Source of the DNA: Candidatus Adlerbacteria bacterium
GTDB taxonomy: Bacteria; Patescibacteriota; Minisyncoccia; Phycocordibacterales; SBAW01
Length of the DNA: 64,000 bases
Assembly: GCA_028286685.1 (NCBI GenBank)
Contig: JAQBRA010000002.1
Coordinates: 1,073 to 65,072 of the forward strand
Direction of reading: 5' to 3'
Within the stretch, counting starts at the first letter, position 1. Each line of letters begins with the position of its first letter. This document shows, in pieces, positions 1 to 8,573 of the stretch. Made by a program: the position numbers and the translations under genes. Below the pieces are notes generated by a model. The model did not search any database. It saw only the letters and a program-made list of their open reading frames with translations, and was not told the DNA's origin.

Positions 1-2224
1 ATTGCGCGCCGATGTTGCTGGTCATGATAATGATCGTATTGCGGAAGTTGACCCGGCGGCCCTTGGAGTCGGTCAGCGTACCGGCATCAAGCACCTGCAA
101 GAGGATATTGAATACTTCCGGGTGCGCTTTCTCGATCTCGTCAAAGAGCAGCACCGAATACGGCCGGTGGCGCACCAGCTCGGTAAGCGATCCGCCTTCG
201 TCGTGACCCACGTAGCCCGGAGGCGCGCCGATAATCTTGGAGACGCTATGCTTCTCCATGTACTCGGACATGTCGACGCGTATGAGCGAGCGGTCGTCGT
301 CGAACATAAACTCCGCCAAGGCGCGCGTCAGTTCGGTCTTGCCGACACCAGTCGGTCCCAGGAACATAAACGAGGCGATCGGCCGGTTCGGGTCGGAGAT
401 GCCCGCGCGCGAGCGCTTGACCGAGTCGGCAATCTTTTGCACCGCCTCGGGCTGGCCCACTACTCTGCCCTGCAATACTTCCTCGATGCGCATGAGCTTC
501 TGCGCCTCCTCCTCGAGCATGCGCGAGACCGGGATACTGGTCCACTTGGACACCACCGCGGCAATATCGGCCTCGGTTATCTCTTCTTTGAGTATGCGGC
601 GGGTCGACTGCAGCTTCTTGAGCCGCTTCATCTTCTGCTCCAGCTCGCGCTCCATAGCCGGTATCTCGCCGTAGCGGATCTCCGCGGCGCGCGAGAGCGA
701 AGCGGAGGCCTCGGCGGTCTCAGCCTCTATGCGCAGGCTTTCAAGCTCTTTCTTTATTGATTTTATATCGCCCAGGGTCTGCTTCTCGTTCTTCCAGCGC
801 TGCTCGAGCTCGTGCGTGGCCTCCTTAAGCTCGGCTATGTCGCGCTCGATAACTTTGACGCGCGCGGCGGCTTTGCTGCCGGCAGGCGTGCTCTTGCGTC
901 CTGCCTCACCTTCAAGGTCGGCTTCCTTGCGCAAGGCTTCCTTCTCTACCTCGAGGCGCATAATCTTGCGATGCGCGTCCTCGAGCTGGGGCGGCTTGTT
1001 CTCCAGGGAAATGCGCAGCGCGGATGCCGCCTCGTCTATAAGGTCAATGGCCTTGTCAGGGAGAAAACGGTCCGGAATGTAGCGGGAAGAAAGCTCTACC
1101 GCGGCCACCAAGGAGTCGTCGGTAATATGCACCCCGTGGAAGAGCTCGTACTTTTCCTTAAGTCCGCGGAGTATCGCTATCGCATCCTCAACGGACGGCT
1201 CGAGAACATAGACCGGCTGGAAGCGCCTCTGGAAGGCCGGGTCGCGCTCGATGTGCTTCTGATACTCGCGCAGGGTCGTGGCGCCTATCATGTGAAGCTC
1301 GCCGCGCGCCAAGGCCGGCTTGATCATGTTGGAGGCGTCCATGGCGCCATCTGCGGCACCCGCACCCATCATGGTGTGTATCTCGTCGACAAACAGGAGA
1401 ACCTTCCCTTCCGAGCGCTCTATCTCTTTCATGATGGCCTTGAGCCTTTCTTCGAACTCGCCGCGATATTTGGTGCCGGCAATGAGTGCGCCCAAGTCCA
1501 AAGACACCAGCTCTTTGTCGCGCAGGGAGTCCGGCACGTCGCCCGAGGCGATGCGCGCGGCCAGGCCTTCAGCGATCGCGGTCTTGCCCACGCCGGCCTC
1601 GCCGATGAGTATCGGATTGTTCTTGGTGCGGCGCGAGAGTATCTGGATTACACGCTTGATTTCCTCGTCGCGACCGATGACCGGGTCGATTTTGTTCTGC
1701 GCCGCCATTTGCGTGAGCGAGCGCGTATATTTCTGCAGCGCGCGGAACTTCTTGGGCTGCTCGGTCGAGGCCTGCTTGGTGGAGCGCAAGTCCAGGAGCG
1801 CGCGGGTGATAGCGTCGCGCGTGATGCGGAAGCGCGAAAGGAGCTCGCGCGCAGCGCCCGGCACGTCCAAAAGGGCTATAAAAAGATGCTCGGTCGAGAC
1901 GAACTCGTCGTGGAGCTCGGTCGCGATCTTCGCGGATCGCTCCAGCGCCTGCACCAGCTCGGGGGTCAGGTACAGCTGGTAGCTGGGCGAGAGCGTCGCG
2001 CTCGTCGAGGGGCCCTCCAGGGCCTCAAGGGTCGTATCGGTAAGCAAGACGAGGTCTACTTCGAGCTTTTCGAGCACGGAAGCGACCAGGCTCTCCTCTT
2101 GCAAGAGGAGAGCTGCCAAGAGATGCGTCGGGCCCACCTGGTTCTGGCCCCGCTCGACCGCGAGCTCATGGGCCCGGCGGACGGCCTCTTTTGCTTTAGT
2201 GGTGAAGTGATTGAATGGGGGCAT
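1..2224 (-). CDS. clpB: ATP-dependent chaperone ClpB (3' end outside window)
   Basis: Reverse-strand translation gives [15 protein letters not shown]..., NBD1 Walker A GEAGVGKT, ...[13 protein letters not shown], a coiled-coil M-domain, NBD2 Walker [13 protein letters not shown] and an [14 protein letters not shown] sensor. The plus-strand ORFs at 2..760 and 812..2242 are antisense artefacts. The ATG start was read at about 2224. Confidence 0.9.
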   Translation of the reverse strand, partial: MPPFNHFTTKAKEAVRRAHELAVERGQNQVGPTHLLAALLLQEESLVASVLEKLEVDLVLLTDTTLEALEGPSTSATLSPSYQLYLTPELVQALERSAKIATELHDEFVSTEHLFIALLDVPGAARELLSRFRITRDAITRALLDLRSTKQASTEQPKKFRALQKYTRSLTQMAAQNKIDPVIGRDEEIKRVIQILSRRTKNNPILIGEAGVGKTAIAEGLAARIASGDVPDSLRDKELVSLDLGALIAGTKYRGEFEERLKAIMKEIERSEGKVLLFVDEIHTMMGAGAADGAMDASNMIKPALARGELHMIGATTLREYQKHIERDPAFQRRFQPVYVLEPSVEDAIAILRGLKEKYELFHGVHITDDSLVAAVELSSRYIPDRFLPDKAIDLIDEAASALRISLENKPPQLEDAHRKIMRLEVEKEALRKEADLEGEAGRKSTPAGSKAAARVKVIERDIAELKEATHELEQRWKNEKQTLGDIKSIKKELESLRIEAETAEASASLSRAAEIRYGEIPAMERELEQKMKRLKKLQSTRRILKEEITEADIAAVVSKWTSIPVSRMLEEEAQKLMRIEEVLQGRVVGQPEAVQKIADSVKRSRAGISDPNRPIASFMFLGPTGVGKTELTRALAEFMFDDDRSLIRVDMSEYMEKHSVSKIIGAPPGYVGHDEGGSLTELVRHRPYSVLLFDEIEKAHPEVFNILLQVLDAGTLTDSKGRRVNFRNTIIIMTSNIGAQ

Positions 2225-2238
2225 AGTTTTTATGGAGG

Positions 2239-3033
2239 TTAGCTGGCTGCAGGAGCGATGAGATTTGGATTGGGGACGGTGTAGAAATAGGCTCCGGTTT
2301 GGCGCGAGCCGCCGGTGGCAATACCCACCACTTCGCCAAAGAGCGTCATGAGGATGGAGCCCGGTGTTGCCGATGATACGCTCGACTCGATGAGCCCTGC
2401 GTGAGAATCCGGCAGCGACGCTACGACGCCGGTACCGACTGTGTCGCCGCCACCGCCGCCGATGCGTATGACGGACTGGCCAAGCTGGACTTTCGCAGCG
2501 TCAGCAATCGAGGCTGGGGCAAACCCGGTCGACGTGCCTATGGCAATATCAAGCACCGCTATTGCCTGCCCTTTTGCGGCGGGCCGGAGCGTGGCCGGGT
2601 AGCGCTTGCCGTCGGCCAGTATGGCCTCAAGCTGCCTTGAGGCGGAGCTGCTCAGCGCCTCGCGGTCTGCAAACGCAGTACCGCTGCCTGACACGATAAC
2701 GCCGCGAGTAAGCAGGAGGTCGCTGCCCTTCTGGGTGATGCGCACCAGCGACTTCTGCATGCGGGCTATAGACTGCGCGGCCAGGTCGTCGTCTTTGACG
2801 ACCACGGTGCGCTCAGTGACGGTAGTGGCGCTTGCCGCTGCGGTCGCGCCCTGGGTCGCCGGGACTACCTTTTCCACCGTATGCTCGACTATCTGATTGA
2901 TGGTGCGGGTGACCGACGGCGGCGCCTGATTGACCAGGGAGACCGTTACGATACCGGTCGCAATGGAGGTAACGAAACTCACCAAAAGAGTGAGGAGAAC
3001 TATCTGATGTTTGGTGAGATGTTCGAGGTCCAC
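2239..3033 (-). CDS. trypsin-like (S1/HtrA-type) serine protease homolog, membrane-anchored, catalytic triad apparently degenerate
   Basis: Has an N-terminal TM helix. SGSGTAF... and AIAVLDI segments align to HtrA, but the catalytic His position reads ADREAL and the Ser box reads TPGSIL instead of GNSGGPL. Confidence 0.5.
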   Translation of the reverse strand: MDLEHLTKHQIVLLTLLVSFVTSIATGIVTVSLVNQAPPSVTRTINQIVEHTVEKVVPATQGATAAASATTVTERTVVVKDDDLAAQSIARMQKSLVRITQKGSDLLLTRGVIVSGSGTAFADREALSSSASRQLEAILADGKRYPATLRPAAKGQAIAVLDIAIGTSTGFAPASIADAAKVQLGQSVIRIGGGGGDTVGTGVVASLPDSHAGLIESSVSSATPGSILMTLFGEVVGIATGGSRQTGAYFYTVPNPNLIAPAAS

Positions 3034-3048
3034 AGCAGCCTTATAATA

Positions 3049-4239
3049 CTACTTTCGGTACCTATTGGCAATTTCAAAAAGTGCTTGTGCAATGCGGCGG
3101 GCCTGGCGCCGGGTAGCATCGGGCAAAAGGGTCAGACGGACCGCTTCTTGGGCCGTTTTCTTGTCGGCGCCAAGCGCCTCTATGACATAGGATGGCTCCT
3201 CGTCGTCGGTACTGCAGGCCGAACGGGTAGAGGCCGCAATGCCTGCGGCATCAAGCGCAATAACGGCCATCTGCCCGTCGAGCCCGGGTATGGAAATACT
3301 GAGGTTGTTTGCGGCCCTATGCTCGCCCGCGGGCCCATGCAGCAAAACATTGGGAATGAGGGCTTTGATTTCCTCGAGCAAGTAGTCGCGCACCTGCGCC
3401 GTTTTTGCCGCGCGCTTGCCCGCTCCCTTCTGCGCGTCGGCCAGAGCGGCGGCAAATGCTGCGGCTGCGGCTGCGTTTTCTGTCCCGGCGCGCTTGCCTT
3501 TCTCTTGTCCGCCGCCCCAGATGACCGGGTCGAGCAAAAGCCCCCGCTTAACGTACAAGCAGCCGATGCCTTTGGGGCCCAAAATTTTCTGCGCATCAAG
3601 CGTCACCATATCGACGCCGAGCTTTTCAACTTTTATATCAAGCCATAGCGGCGCCTGCGACGCGTCGACATGGAAGTACACGGGCAGCTCCCCACCCTTC
3701 TCTTGCCGGTGGGCGCGCAGGCGCCTGACCTCTTTGGCAATCTCGCGCACGGGCTCTACGGCGCCCATCTCGCTGTTTATATATTGCACGGACACGAGCG
3801 CCGTGTCGGGACGGGCAGCTTCCGTGACCGCGTTTGGAAATATAAGACCGTCAGGCTGCACGCCGACAAGCGCAAGCTCGAGCCCTTCGCGCTCAAGCGC
3901 CCGTAGAGGCGCCAGCACCGACTGGTGCTCGATAATGCTCGTTACTGCAGATACTTTTTCCCCGAGACGCAGGCGCGGTCCCAGCGTGCCGGAAATTGCC
4001 AGGTTGTTGGCCTCGGTACCTGAGGCGGTAAAGATTATCTCGTCTGGGTGCGCGCCTATCGAATCGGCGATGCTTTTGCGCGCCGCATCCAGCTCCTTCT
4101 TTGCGGCCAAGGCCTCCTGATGCAGGGCGCCCGGGTTGCCATACAACAGAAGTACGCGCAGCATCTCGCGCCTGGCTTTGCTAGACAGCGGAGTAGCCGC
4201 TGCTGCATCCGCGTAAATTCGCTTCCTTCTAAACCACAT
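3049..4239 (-). CDS. cysteine desulfurase (class V aminotransferase, IscS/NifS-like)
   Basis: FTASGTEANNLAI, the PLP-lysine region TLDAQKILGPKGIGCLYV, and ...SACSTDDEEPSYVIEALG. The ORF extends to 4305, and the second Met (4239) was chosen as the likely start. Confidence 0.8.
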   Translation of the reverse strand: MWFRRKRIYADAAAATPLSSKARREMLRVLLLYGNPGALHQEALAAKKELDAARKSIADSIGAHPDEIIFTASGTEANNLAISGTLGPRLRLGEKVSAVTSIIEHQSVLAPLRALEREGLELALVGVQPDGLIFPNAVTEAARPDTALVSVQYINSEMGAVEPVREIAKEVRRLRAHRQEKGGELPVYFHVDASQAPLWLDIKVEKLGVDMVTLDAQKILGPKGIGCLYVKRGLLLDPVIWGGGQEKGKRAGTENAAAAAAFAAALADAQKGAGKRAAKTAQVRDYLLEEIKALIPNVLLHGPAGEHRAANNLSISIPGLDGQMAVIALDAAGIAASTRSACSTDDEEPSYVIEALGADKKTAQEAVRLTLLPDATRRQARRIAQALFEIANRYRK

Positions 4240-4333
4240 GGCTCTACTATGGCCTAGCGAAGCGAGAGAAACAAGCTCGCTTGTTTCCGAGCGAGCGACG
4301 GACATATCAGCCCTGCTGTTATATACTGTGTAT

Positions 4334-4861
4334 ATGTCTGCAGCATCTCTTTACCCGTACCTCCTCGTGGCCAAAACGTACCTGACCTTGGCTGCACCCT
4401 ATCTCGCCCTTGCAGCAGCCGTCATGGCATTAGTGCTCTTGGTCATGCAAATTCGGTTGCGTCGCAGGCTTGCCCGGCTCGCGCTGGGCCGCAACGGCTC
4501 TATCGAGGAGACGATCGCGGTACTCATGCGCGACATGAAGGAATTCAAGGAGTTCCGCACCGAGCTTGAGAAATACCTGAAGCTTGCTGAAGGCCGCCTG
4601 CGCGGCACCGTATCGGGCCTGGGGGTCGTGCGCTTCAATCCGTTTACCGGCGAAGGCCAGGGCGGCAACCAGAGCTTTGCGCTCACTCTCCTAGACGAAG
4701 GGGGCCAAGGAGTGGTATTGTCGACCCTCTACGCCCGTGACCGCGTCGGCGTCTACGCCAAGCCCCTTAAGGCATTCGCCTCTACCTACGAGCTGAGCGA
4801 AGAGGAGAAGGCTTCGGTAGAAAAGGCGCGCGAGCAGATGGCTGCGCACCGCAAGGCATAA
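4334..4861 (+). CDS. DUF4446-family membrane protein
   Basis: N-terminal TM, then GVVRFNPFTGEGQGGNQSFALTLLDEGGQGVVLSTLYARDRVGVYAKPL, which matches DUF4446 architecture. The internal ATG at 4334 was chosen because the ORF-track start at 4238 would overlap the divergent upstream gene. Confidence 0.5.
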   Translation: MSAASLYPYLLVAKTYLTLAAPYLALAAAVMALVLLVMQIRLRRRLARLALGRNGSIEETIAVLMRDMKEFKEFRTELEKYLKLAEGRLRGTVSGLGVVRFNPFTGEGQGGNQSFALTLLDEGGQGVVLSTLYARDRVGVYAKPLKAFASTYELSEEEKASVEKAREQMAAHRKA

Positions 4862-4891
4862 ATCAGGTGGAGAGCTTCAACATAAAACCCC

Positions 4892-6400
4892 ATGACCCAA
4901 CCTTCCGCCACATCGGGCTCGCGCCCTCCCATAGTTGCAATCGTCGGCCACATTGACCACGGCAAGTCGACCCTGCTCGACTATATTCGCAACACGAAGA
5001 TTGTGGAGGGCGAGGCGGGCGGCATCACCCAGCACCTCTCCGCCTACCAGGCCGTGCACGAGAACTCCACGGGCAAGCACGCCATTACCTTTCTGGATAC
5101 GCCGGGACACGCGGCGTTTGTGGGCATGCGCTCGCGCGGGCTCGAGGTAGCCGACGTCGCGATCCTCATAGTTTCGGCCGAAGAGGGCTCCAAGATCCAG
5201 ACTCTGGAGGCGATCGAGCTTATCAAGAGCGCAAAGATCCCCTTCGTCGTCGCTTTTACGAAAATAGACAAGCCGGGCGCCGATCTTGAGCGCGCCAAGA
5301 TGTCGCTCTTGGAGCACCAGGTATTCGTAGAAGGCATGGGCGGCGATGTGCCGTGGGTCGGCGTCTCGGGCAAGACCGGCGAGGGCATTCCCGAGCTTTT
5401 GGACCTCATACTCCTTTCCGCAGAACTTGAAGAAATTACTGCAGACCCCACCCTTCCGGGCCGGGGGCTCGTTATCGAAGCGCATACCGAGTCCAAGCGC
5501 GGCAACACCGCGATGCTCATCGTTTTGGACGGCTCGGTTATAAGCGGCAAATACGTTGTCGCCGGCGAATGCATCGCCCCAGTGCGCATCATGGAGAACT
5601 TTTTGGGCAAGCCTATAAAGGAAGCCGTGCCCTCAGACCCTATCCGCATCGTGGGCTTTACCCCGCTGCCGCCGGTCGGCACCCGCTTTGAGGTAGTTGA
5701 AAATAAAAAGCTCGCTGAAGCTGCCGCGGCAGCAAACAAGAACGCGAAGGCCAAGCCCGAGGCCACCGGACCCGCCGAGGCTACTGAGCGCACCGTGCTC
5801 CCCGTCATCATAAAGACCGACGTTGCCGGCACCGGCGAGGCGGTCGCCCACGAGATACAGAAGCTCCCCCAGCACGAGAAGCTCGAGGTGCGCGTGATAG
5901 CGCGCGCCGTCGGAGCTATCAGCGAGGGCGACGTCAAGATGCTCGCCGGCAGCTCCACCCCGGGCATTATCGCTGGCTTTAATGTAAAAATTGAGCCCGC
6001 CGCCCGCGAGCTGGCCGAGCGCCAGGGCGTTACGGTCAATACTTTCGATATCATCTACAAGCTCACCGAGTGGCTCGAGGCCACTATAGAGGAGCGCCGC
6101 CCGCGCGAGGAAGTCGACGAGGTTAAAGTCCGTGCCGCGGTACTTAAGTGCTTCAGCGTGCAGGGCAACCGCGTAGTCCTCGGCGGCCGCGTTGAAGAAG
6201 GTACCCTTACCGAGGGCCAGGAAGTGCGCTTAGTGCGCCGCGAGGAGGAAATCGGCCGCGGCAAGATTATTTCGCTCCAGACCGGAAAGACCCCGGCCAA
6301 GAAAGTCGAGGCGGGCAGCGAGTTCGGCGCGATGCTCAAGACCGATGCCATTCCCGCCTCCGGCGACAAGATCGAGGTGTACACTACGGTCATCAAATAA
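4892..6400 (+). CDS. infB: translation initiation factor IF-2 (short form, G-domain onward)
   Basis: PIVAIVGHIDHGKSTLLD, DTPGHAAF, TKIDK, and C-terminal beta-barrel domains. At 502 aa it lacks the long N-terminal region. Confidence 0.9.
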   Translation: MTQPSATSGSRPPIVAIVGHIDHGKSTLLDYIRNTKIVEGEAGGITQHLSAYQAVHENSTGKHAITFLDTPGHAAFVGMRSRGLEVADVAILIVSAEEGSKIQTLEAIELIKSAKIPFVVAFTKIDKPGADLERAKMSLLEHQVFVEGMGGDVPWVGVSGKTGEGIPELLDLILLSAELEEITADPTLPGRGLVIEAHTESKRGNTAMLIVLDGSVISGKYVVAGECIAPVRIMENFLGKPIKEAVPSDPIRIVGFTPLPPVGTRFEVVENKKLAEAAAAANKNAKAKPEATGPAEATERTVLPVIIKTDVAGTGEAVAHEIQKLPQHEKLEVRVIARAVGAISEGDVKMLAGSSTPGIIAGFNVKIEPAARELAERQGVTVNTFDIIYKLTEWLEATIEERRPREEVDEVKVRAAVLKCFSVQGNRVVLGGRVEEGTLTEGQEVRLVRREEEIGRGKIISLQTGKTPAKKVEAGSEFGAMLKTDAIPASGDKIEVYTTVIK

Positions 6401-6415
6401 CCCCACCCCTACCCT

Positions 6416-6730
6416 ATGTCCCAACGACACGAACAAATGCAGGAGCGCATGCGCGAAACCGCGGCCGAGTTCTTGGCCCGCGAGTCCAACCGCCAGTCGA
6501 TGGTTACCGTTACTGCTGCTGAAGTGAGCGGCGACGGCAAGCGCGCCCGCATCTACATCACCGTCATGCCCGACGACTACGAGGAGGAGGCGGTCAAGTT
6601 CGCCAACCGCAACAAGCACGAGTTCGGCATGTATCTCCTTAAGAAAGTGCGCGGCATGCGCATCCCGCAGATGGAGTTCGTCATAGACCGCGGCGAGAAG
6701 ATGCGCCAGCGCCTCGACGAGCTTTCGTAA
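6416..6730 (+). CDS. rbfA: ribosome-binding factor A
   Basis: 104 aa immediately downstream of infB, with the RbfA-like ...RIYITVMPDDYEEE...MRIPQMEFVID. Confidence 0.8.
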   Translation: MSQRHEQMQERMRETAAEFLARESNRQSMVTVTAAEVSGDGKRARIYITVMPDDYEEEAVKFANRNKHEFGMYLLKKVRGMRIPQMEFVIDRGEKMRQRLDELS

Positions 6731-6761
6731 GCGCCTCTGGTGCGCTAAAGTGTATAAGGTC

Positions 6762-6833
6762 GGCCACGTAGCCAAGTAGAAAGGCGCGGGACTGCAAATC
6801 CTGTATGCGCGGGTGCGATTCCCGCCGTGGCCT
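6762..6833 (+). tRNA. tRNA-Cys(GCA)
   Basis: Cloverleaf with acceptor GGCCACG/CGTGGCC, anticodon loop CTGCAAA, and T-arm GGGTGCGATTCCC. Confidence 0.8.
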
Positions 6834-7008
6834 CAAGGAGAGTATTCGACGCTGGGGCCACGGAGAGAAGCATGGGATGCTTCTCGTCGGGAATCGCAAG
6901 CCGGAGCGGGCCCCATGCCTCTTGGCATGGGAGCGAGGCAGGGCCGTGCGGCACATGATCCAGTGGTATCATGTGAACGCCTGGCCGATCCGCCGTGGCC
7001 TCAAGTTT
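6834..7008 (+). repeat. tRNA-linked structured repeat element, copy 1 (ends with a 16-nt duplicate of the tRNA-Cys 3' end)
   Basis: Conserved core aagccggagc...gcgaggcagggccgtgcggc...gaacgcctgg plus two hairpins that covary against copies 2 and 3. The terminal ccgccgtggcctcaag repeats 6823-6838. Confidence 0.6.
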
Positions 7009-7012
7009 ATTT

Positions 7013-7096
7013 GCCGGGGTGATGGAATGGTAGACATAGGGGACTTAAAATCCCCAGAGCTAATATCTCGTGTGGGTTCGAGTCCCACCCCCGGCA
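7013..7096 (+). tRNA. tRNA-Leu(TAA)
   Basis: Acceptor GCCGGGG/CCCCGGC, anticodon loop CTTAAAA, long variable arm, and T-arm GTGGGTTCGAGTCCCAC. Confidence 0.85.
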
Positions 7097-7101
7097 CCGG
7101 T

Positions 7102-7980
7102 ATGGATTTTTTATACGGAAAGCTAGAGCAAGCACCTGAGGGTTTTTGTCCACCTGAGATGTGGCCTGAGTACGCGATCGTGTCCCAGCCTACCTGGCCC
7201 TGCACAAGCGAAGGTGTAGGCAAGGACCCCAGCGGCGTACGCTGGGGTCTATGGCCCTTTACCTTTGAAGACTACATAAGCGACAAAGAACCAAACCTGC
7301 AGGAGTCGCGCAAAGGCACACTGGCCCGCAATCGCGTTATTACGTGGGAGCGCGTGCGCAAAACCAACATACCCCGGGGATGGATGCAGTTTAGCAGAGC
7401 ACCCTCGCGCATAGATGGCGTTTTATCCCTAGATCAAGATCAGGATTATACCCTTTCATGGAATAAGAATGCCCGCCGCGATTTGCGAATTTTTAAAGAC
7501 AAAGTGGCAAGCGGGCTCTATGCAGTAGTGCCGATTTCAATGGATGCGTTTGCAGGTGCTTACCGACAAAGCCTGATAGCCCAACGTGTTGATCTCCGCC
7601 GCCTCGAGGATCTTGAGCGCAAGTTTGCACATCCAGCCGCGCAAGGACATATAAAATTATGGGGTGTTCGTAACACTCAAACTGATGCCATAGTAGCGGG
7701 CACTGCTATTAATTATTCTCCTACCTATAAAAACTCGACTCATATTGCGCCCTTTATACTTGAGGAAGGGCGCCACCTCTGCGCCGCAACGGGGCTTATT
7801 GACCATTGGTTTGCAGAATCCATAAAACACGGCTGCACTTTTGCAACCACGCTCAACTTTTGGTTTAAGGGCCAGCCCAAAGAGTGGCGCGGGTTTTCTG
7901 AATTCAAATCGCACTTTGGGTTTCAGTTTGTGGCCTATCCACCTCGGCTCTATAAGTTCGTTTTAGGGAAGATTTTTTAA
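7102..7980 (+). CDS. FemAB-like / GNAT-fold (Acetyltransf_6-type) acyltransferase family protein; low-GC, likely acquired
   Basis: C-terminal GFSEFKSHFGFQFVAYP matches the FemAB/BioF2-like G-x-x-FK-x-x-FG motif. GC is visibly lower than its surroundings. The ORF-track start at 6805 would run across two tRNAs, so the ATG at 7102 was used. Confidence 0.4.
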   Translation: MDFLYGKLEQAPEGFCPPEMWPEYAIVSQPTWPCTSEGVGKDPSGVRWGLWPFTFEDYISDKEPNLQESRKGTLARNRVITWERVRKTNIPRGWMQFSRAPSRIDGVLSLDQDQDYTLSWNKNARRDLRIFKDKVASGLYAVVPISMDAFAGAYRQSLIAQRVDLRRLEDLERKFAHPAAQGHIKLWGVRNTQTDAIVAGTAINYSPTYKNSTHIAPFILEEGRHLCAATGLIDHWFAESIKHGCTFATTLNFWFKGQPKEWRGFSEFKSHFGFQFVAYPPRLYKFVLGKIF

Positions 7981-7989
7981 ATTTTTAGT

Positions 7990-8133
7990 ATTTCGCACTA
8001 GTGGTCAGGCGTTCAACATGCGCCGTCGCACACATTGCCGCACGACCCTGCCTCGCCGTCCTGCAAGCGTAGGACATGGCTCCGGCTCGCACACAAGCAG
8101 AAAGCCTCCCGCAGGGGAGGCTTTCTGCTTGTG
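7990..8133 (-). repeat. tRNA-linked structured repeat element, copy 3 (downstream of tRNA-Lys)
   Basis: On the minus strand: a long hairpin with a GCAG loop (8092-8133), then the conserved gagccggag...cgaggcagggtcgtgcggc...gaacgcctga core. The terminal repeat of the tRNA-Lys 3' end is degenerate. Confidence 0.55.
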
Positions 8134-8206
8134 TGCGCCTACCTGGATTCGAACCAGGGACAATCTCCTTAAGAGGGAGCTGCTCTACCAACTGAGCTAT
8201 AGGCGC
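8134..8206 (-). tRNA. tRNA-Lys(CTT)
   Basis: The reverse complement reads GCGCCTATAGCTCAGTTGGTAGAGC...anticodon loop CTCTTAA...GTCCCTGGTTCGAATCCAGGTAGGCGCA. Confidence 0.8.
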
Positions 8207-8335
8207 GAGTGAGGCTGGCACCAGGAATTCGTTCCTGATTGCCCGAACGAGCGGCCTATATGATTTCTCATATAGGCGCATCCGAACAGGAAAAATATAG
8301 CATAAAAATGGCTTTGCGCATAGAATGGCGATATC

Positions 8336-8417
8336 GCTGGAGTGGCGGAATTGGTATACGCGCCAGTCTTAGGAACTGGTCCCGCAAGGGTTGGAGGTTC
8401 AAGTCCTCTCTCCAGCA
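8336..8417 (+). tRNA. tRNA-Leu(TAG)
   Basis: Acceptor GCTGGAG/CTCCAGC, anticodon stem-loop CCAGT-CTTAGGA-ACTGG, long variable arm, and a TTCAAGT T-loop. Confidence 0.8.
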
Positions 8418-8429
8418 CAATTTTGAAAA

Positions 8430-8463
8430 GCTAAAATCCCCTTTATTTTAAGGGGATTTTAGC
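8430..8463 (+). terminator. hairpin terminator after tRNA-Leu(TAG)
   Basis: gctaaaatcccctt-tatttt-aaggggattttagc, a 14-bp stem. Confidence 0.5.
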
Positions 8464-8491
8464 TTGACAAACCCATACAATATGATATAAT
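8464..8491 (+). promoter_or_regulatory. sigma70-type promoter for the SPFH operon
   Basis: TTGACA, a 16-nt spacer, then TATAAT, about 80 nt upstream of the 8574 start. Confidence 0.6.
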
Positions 8492-8573
8492 AGATAGCGG
8501 ACGGTATGGTCTGCCCTAAGGCGACTCGTATCAAAAATTCATCGCACTTCGACAACAGAATAGGGGTCTTAAA

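Noticed and set aside
2-2242. Plus-strand ORFs 2..760, 12..206, 237..674, 812..2242 and 1320..1982
   Set aside because: Arg/Leu/Gly-rich, low-complexity translations that lie antisense to a clear clpB coding sequence on the minus strand. They are high-GC antisense artefacts.
6805-7101. N-terminal extension of ORF 6805..7980 (MRGCDSRRGLKESIRRW...)
   Set aside because: Reads straight through tRNA-Cys, element copy 1 and tRNA-Leu(TAA). The real CDS most likely starts at the ATG at 7102, after the tRNA.
7985-8281. ORF 7985..8281 (-) and the small ORFs 8018..8212, 8197..8418 and 8239..8451
   Set aside because: They overlap tRNA-Lys, element copy 3 and tRNA-Leu(TAG). There is no coding signal.
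6760-8470. Prophage or ICE integration at the tRNA cluster
   Set aside because: No integrase, excisionase, phage structural gene or conjugation gene is present. The inserts are about 150 nt, so I describe them as miniature tRNA-linked elements.
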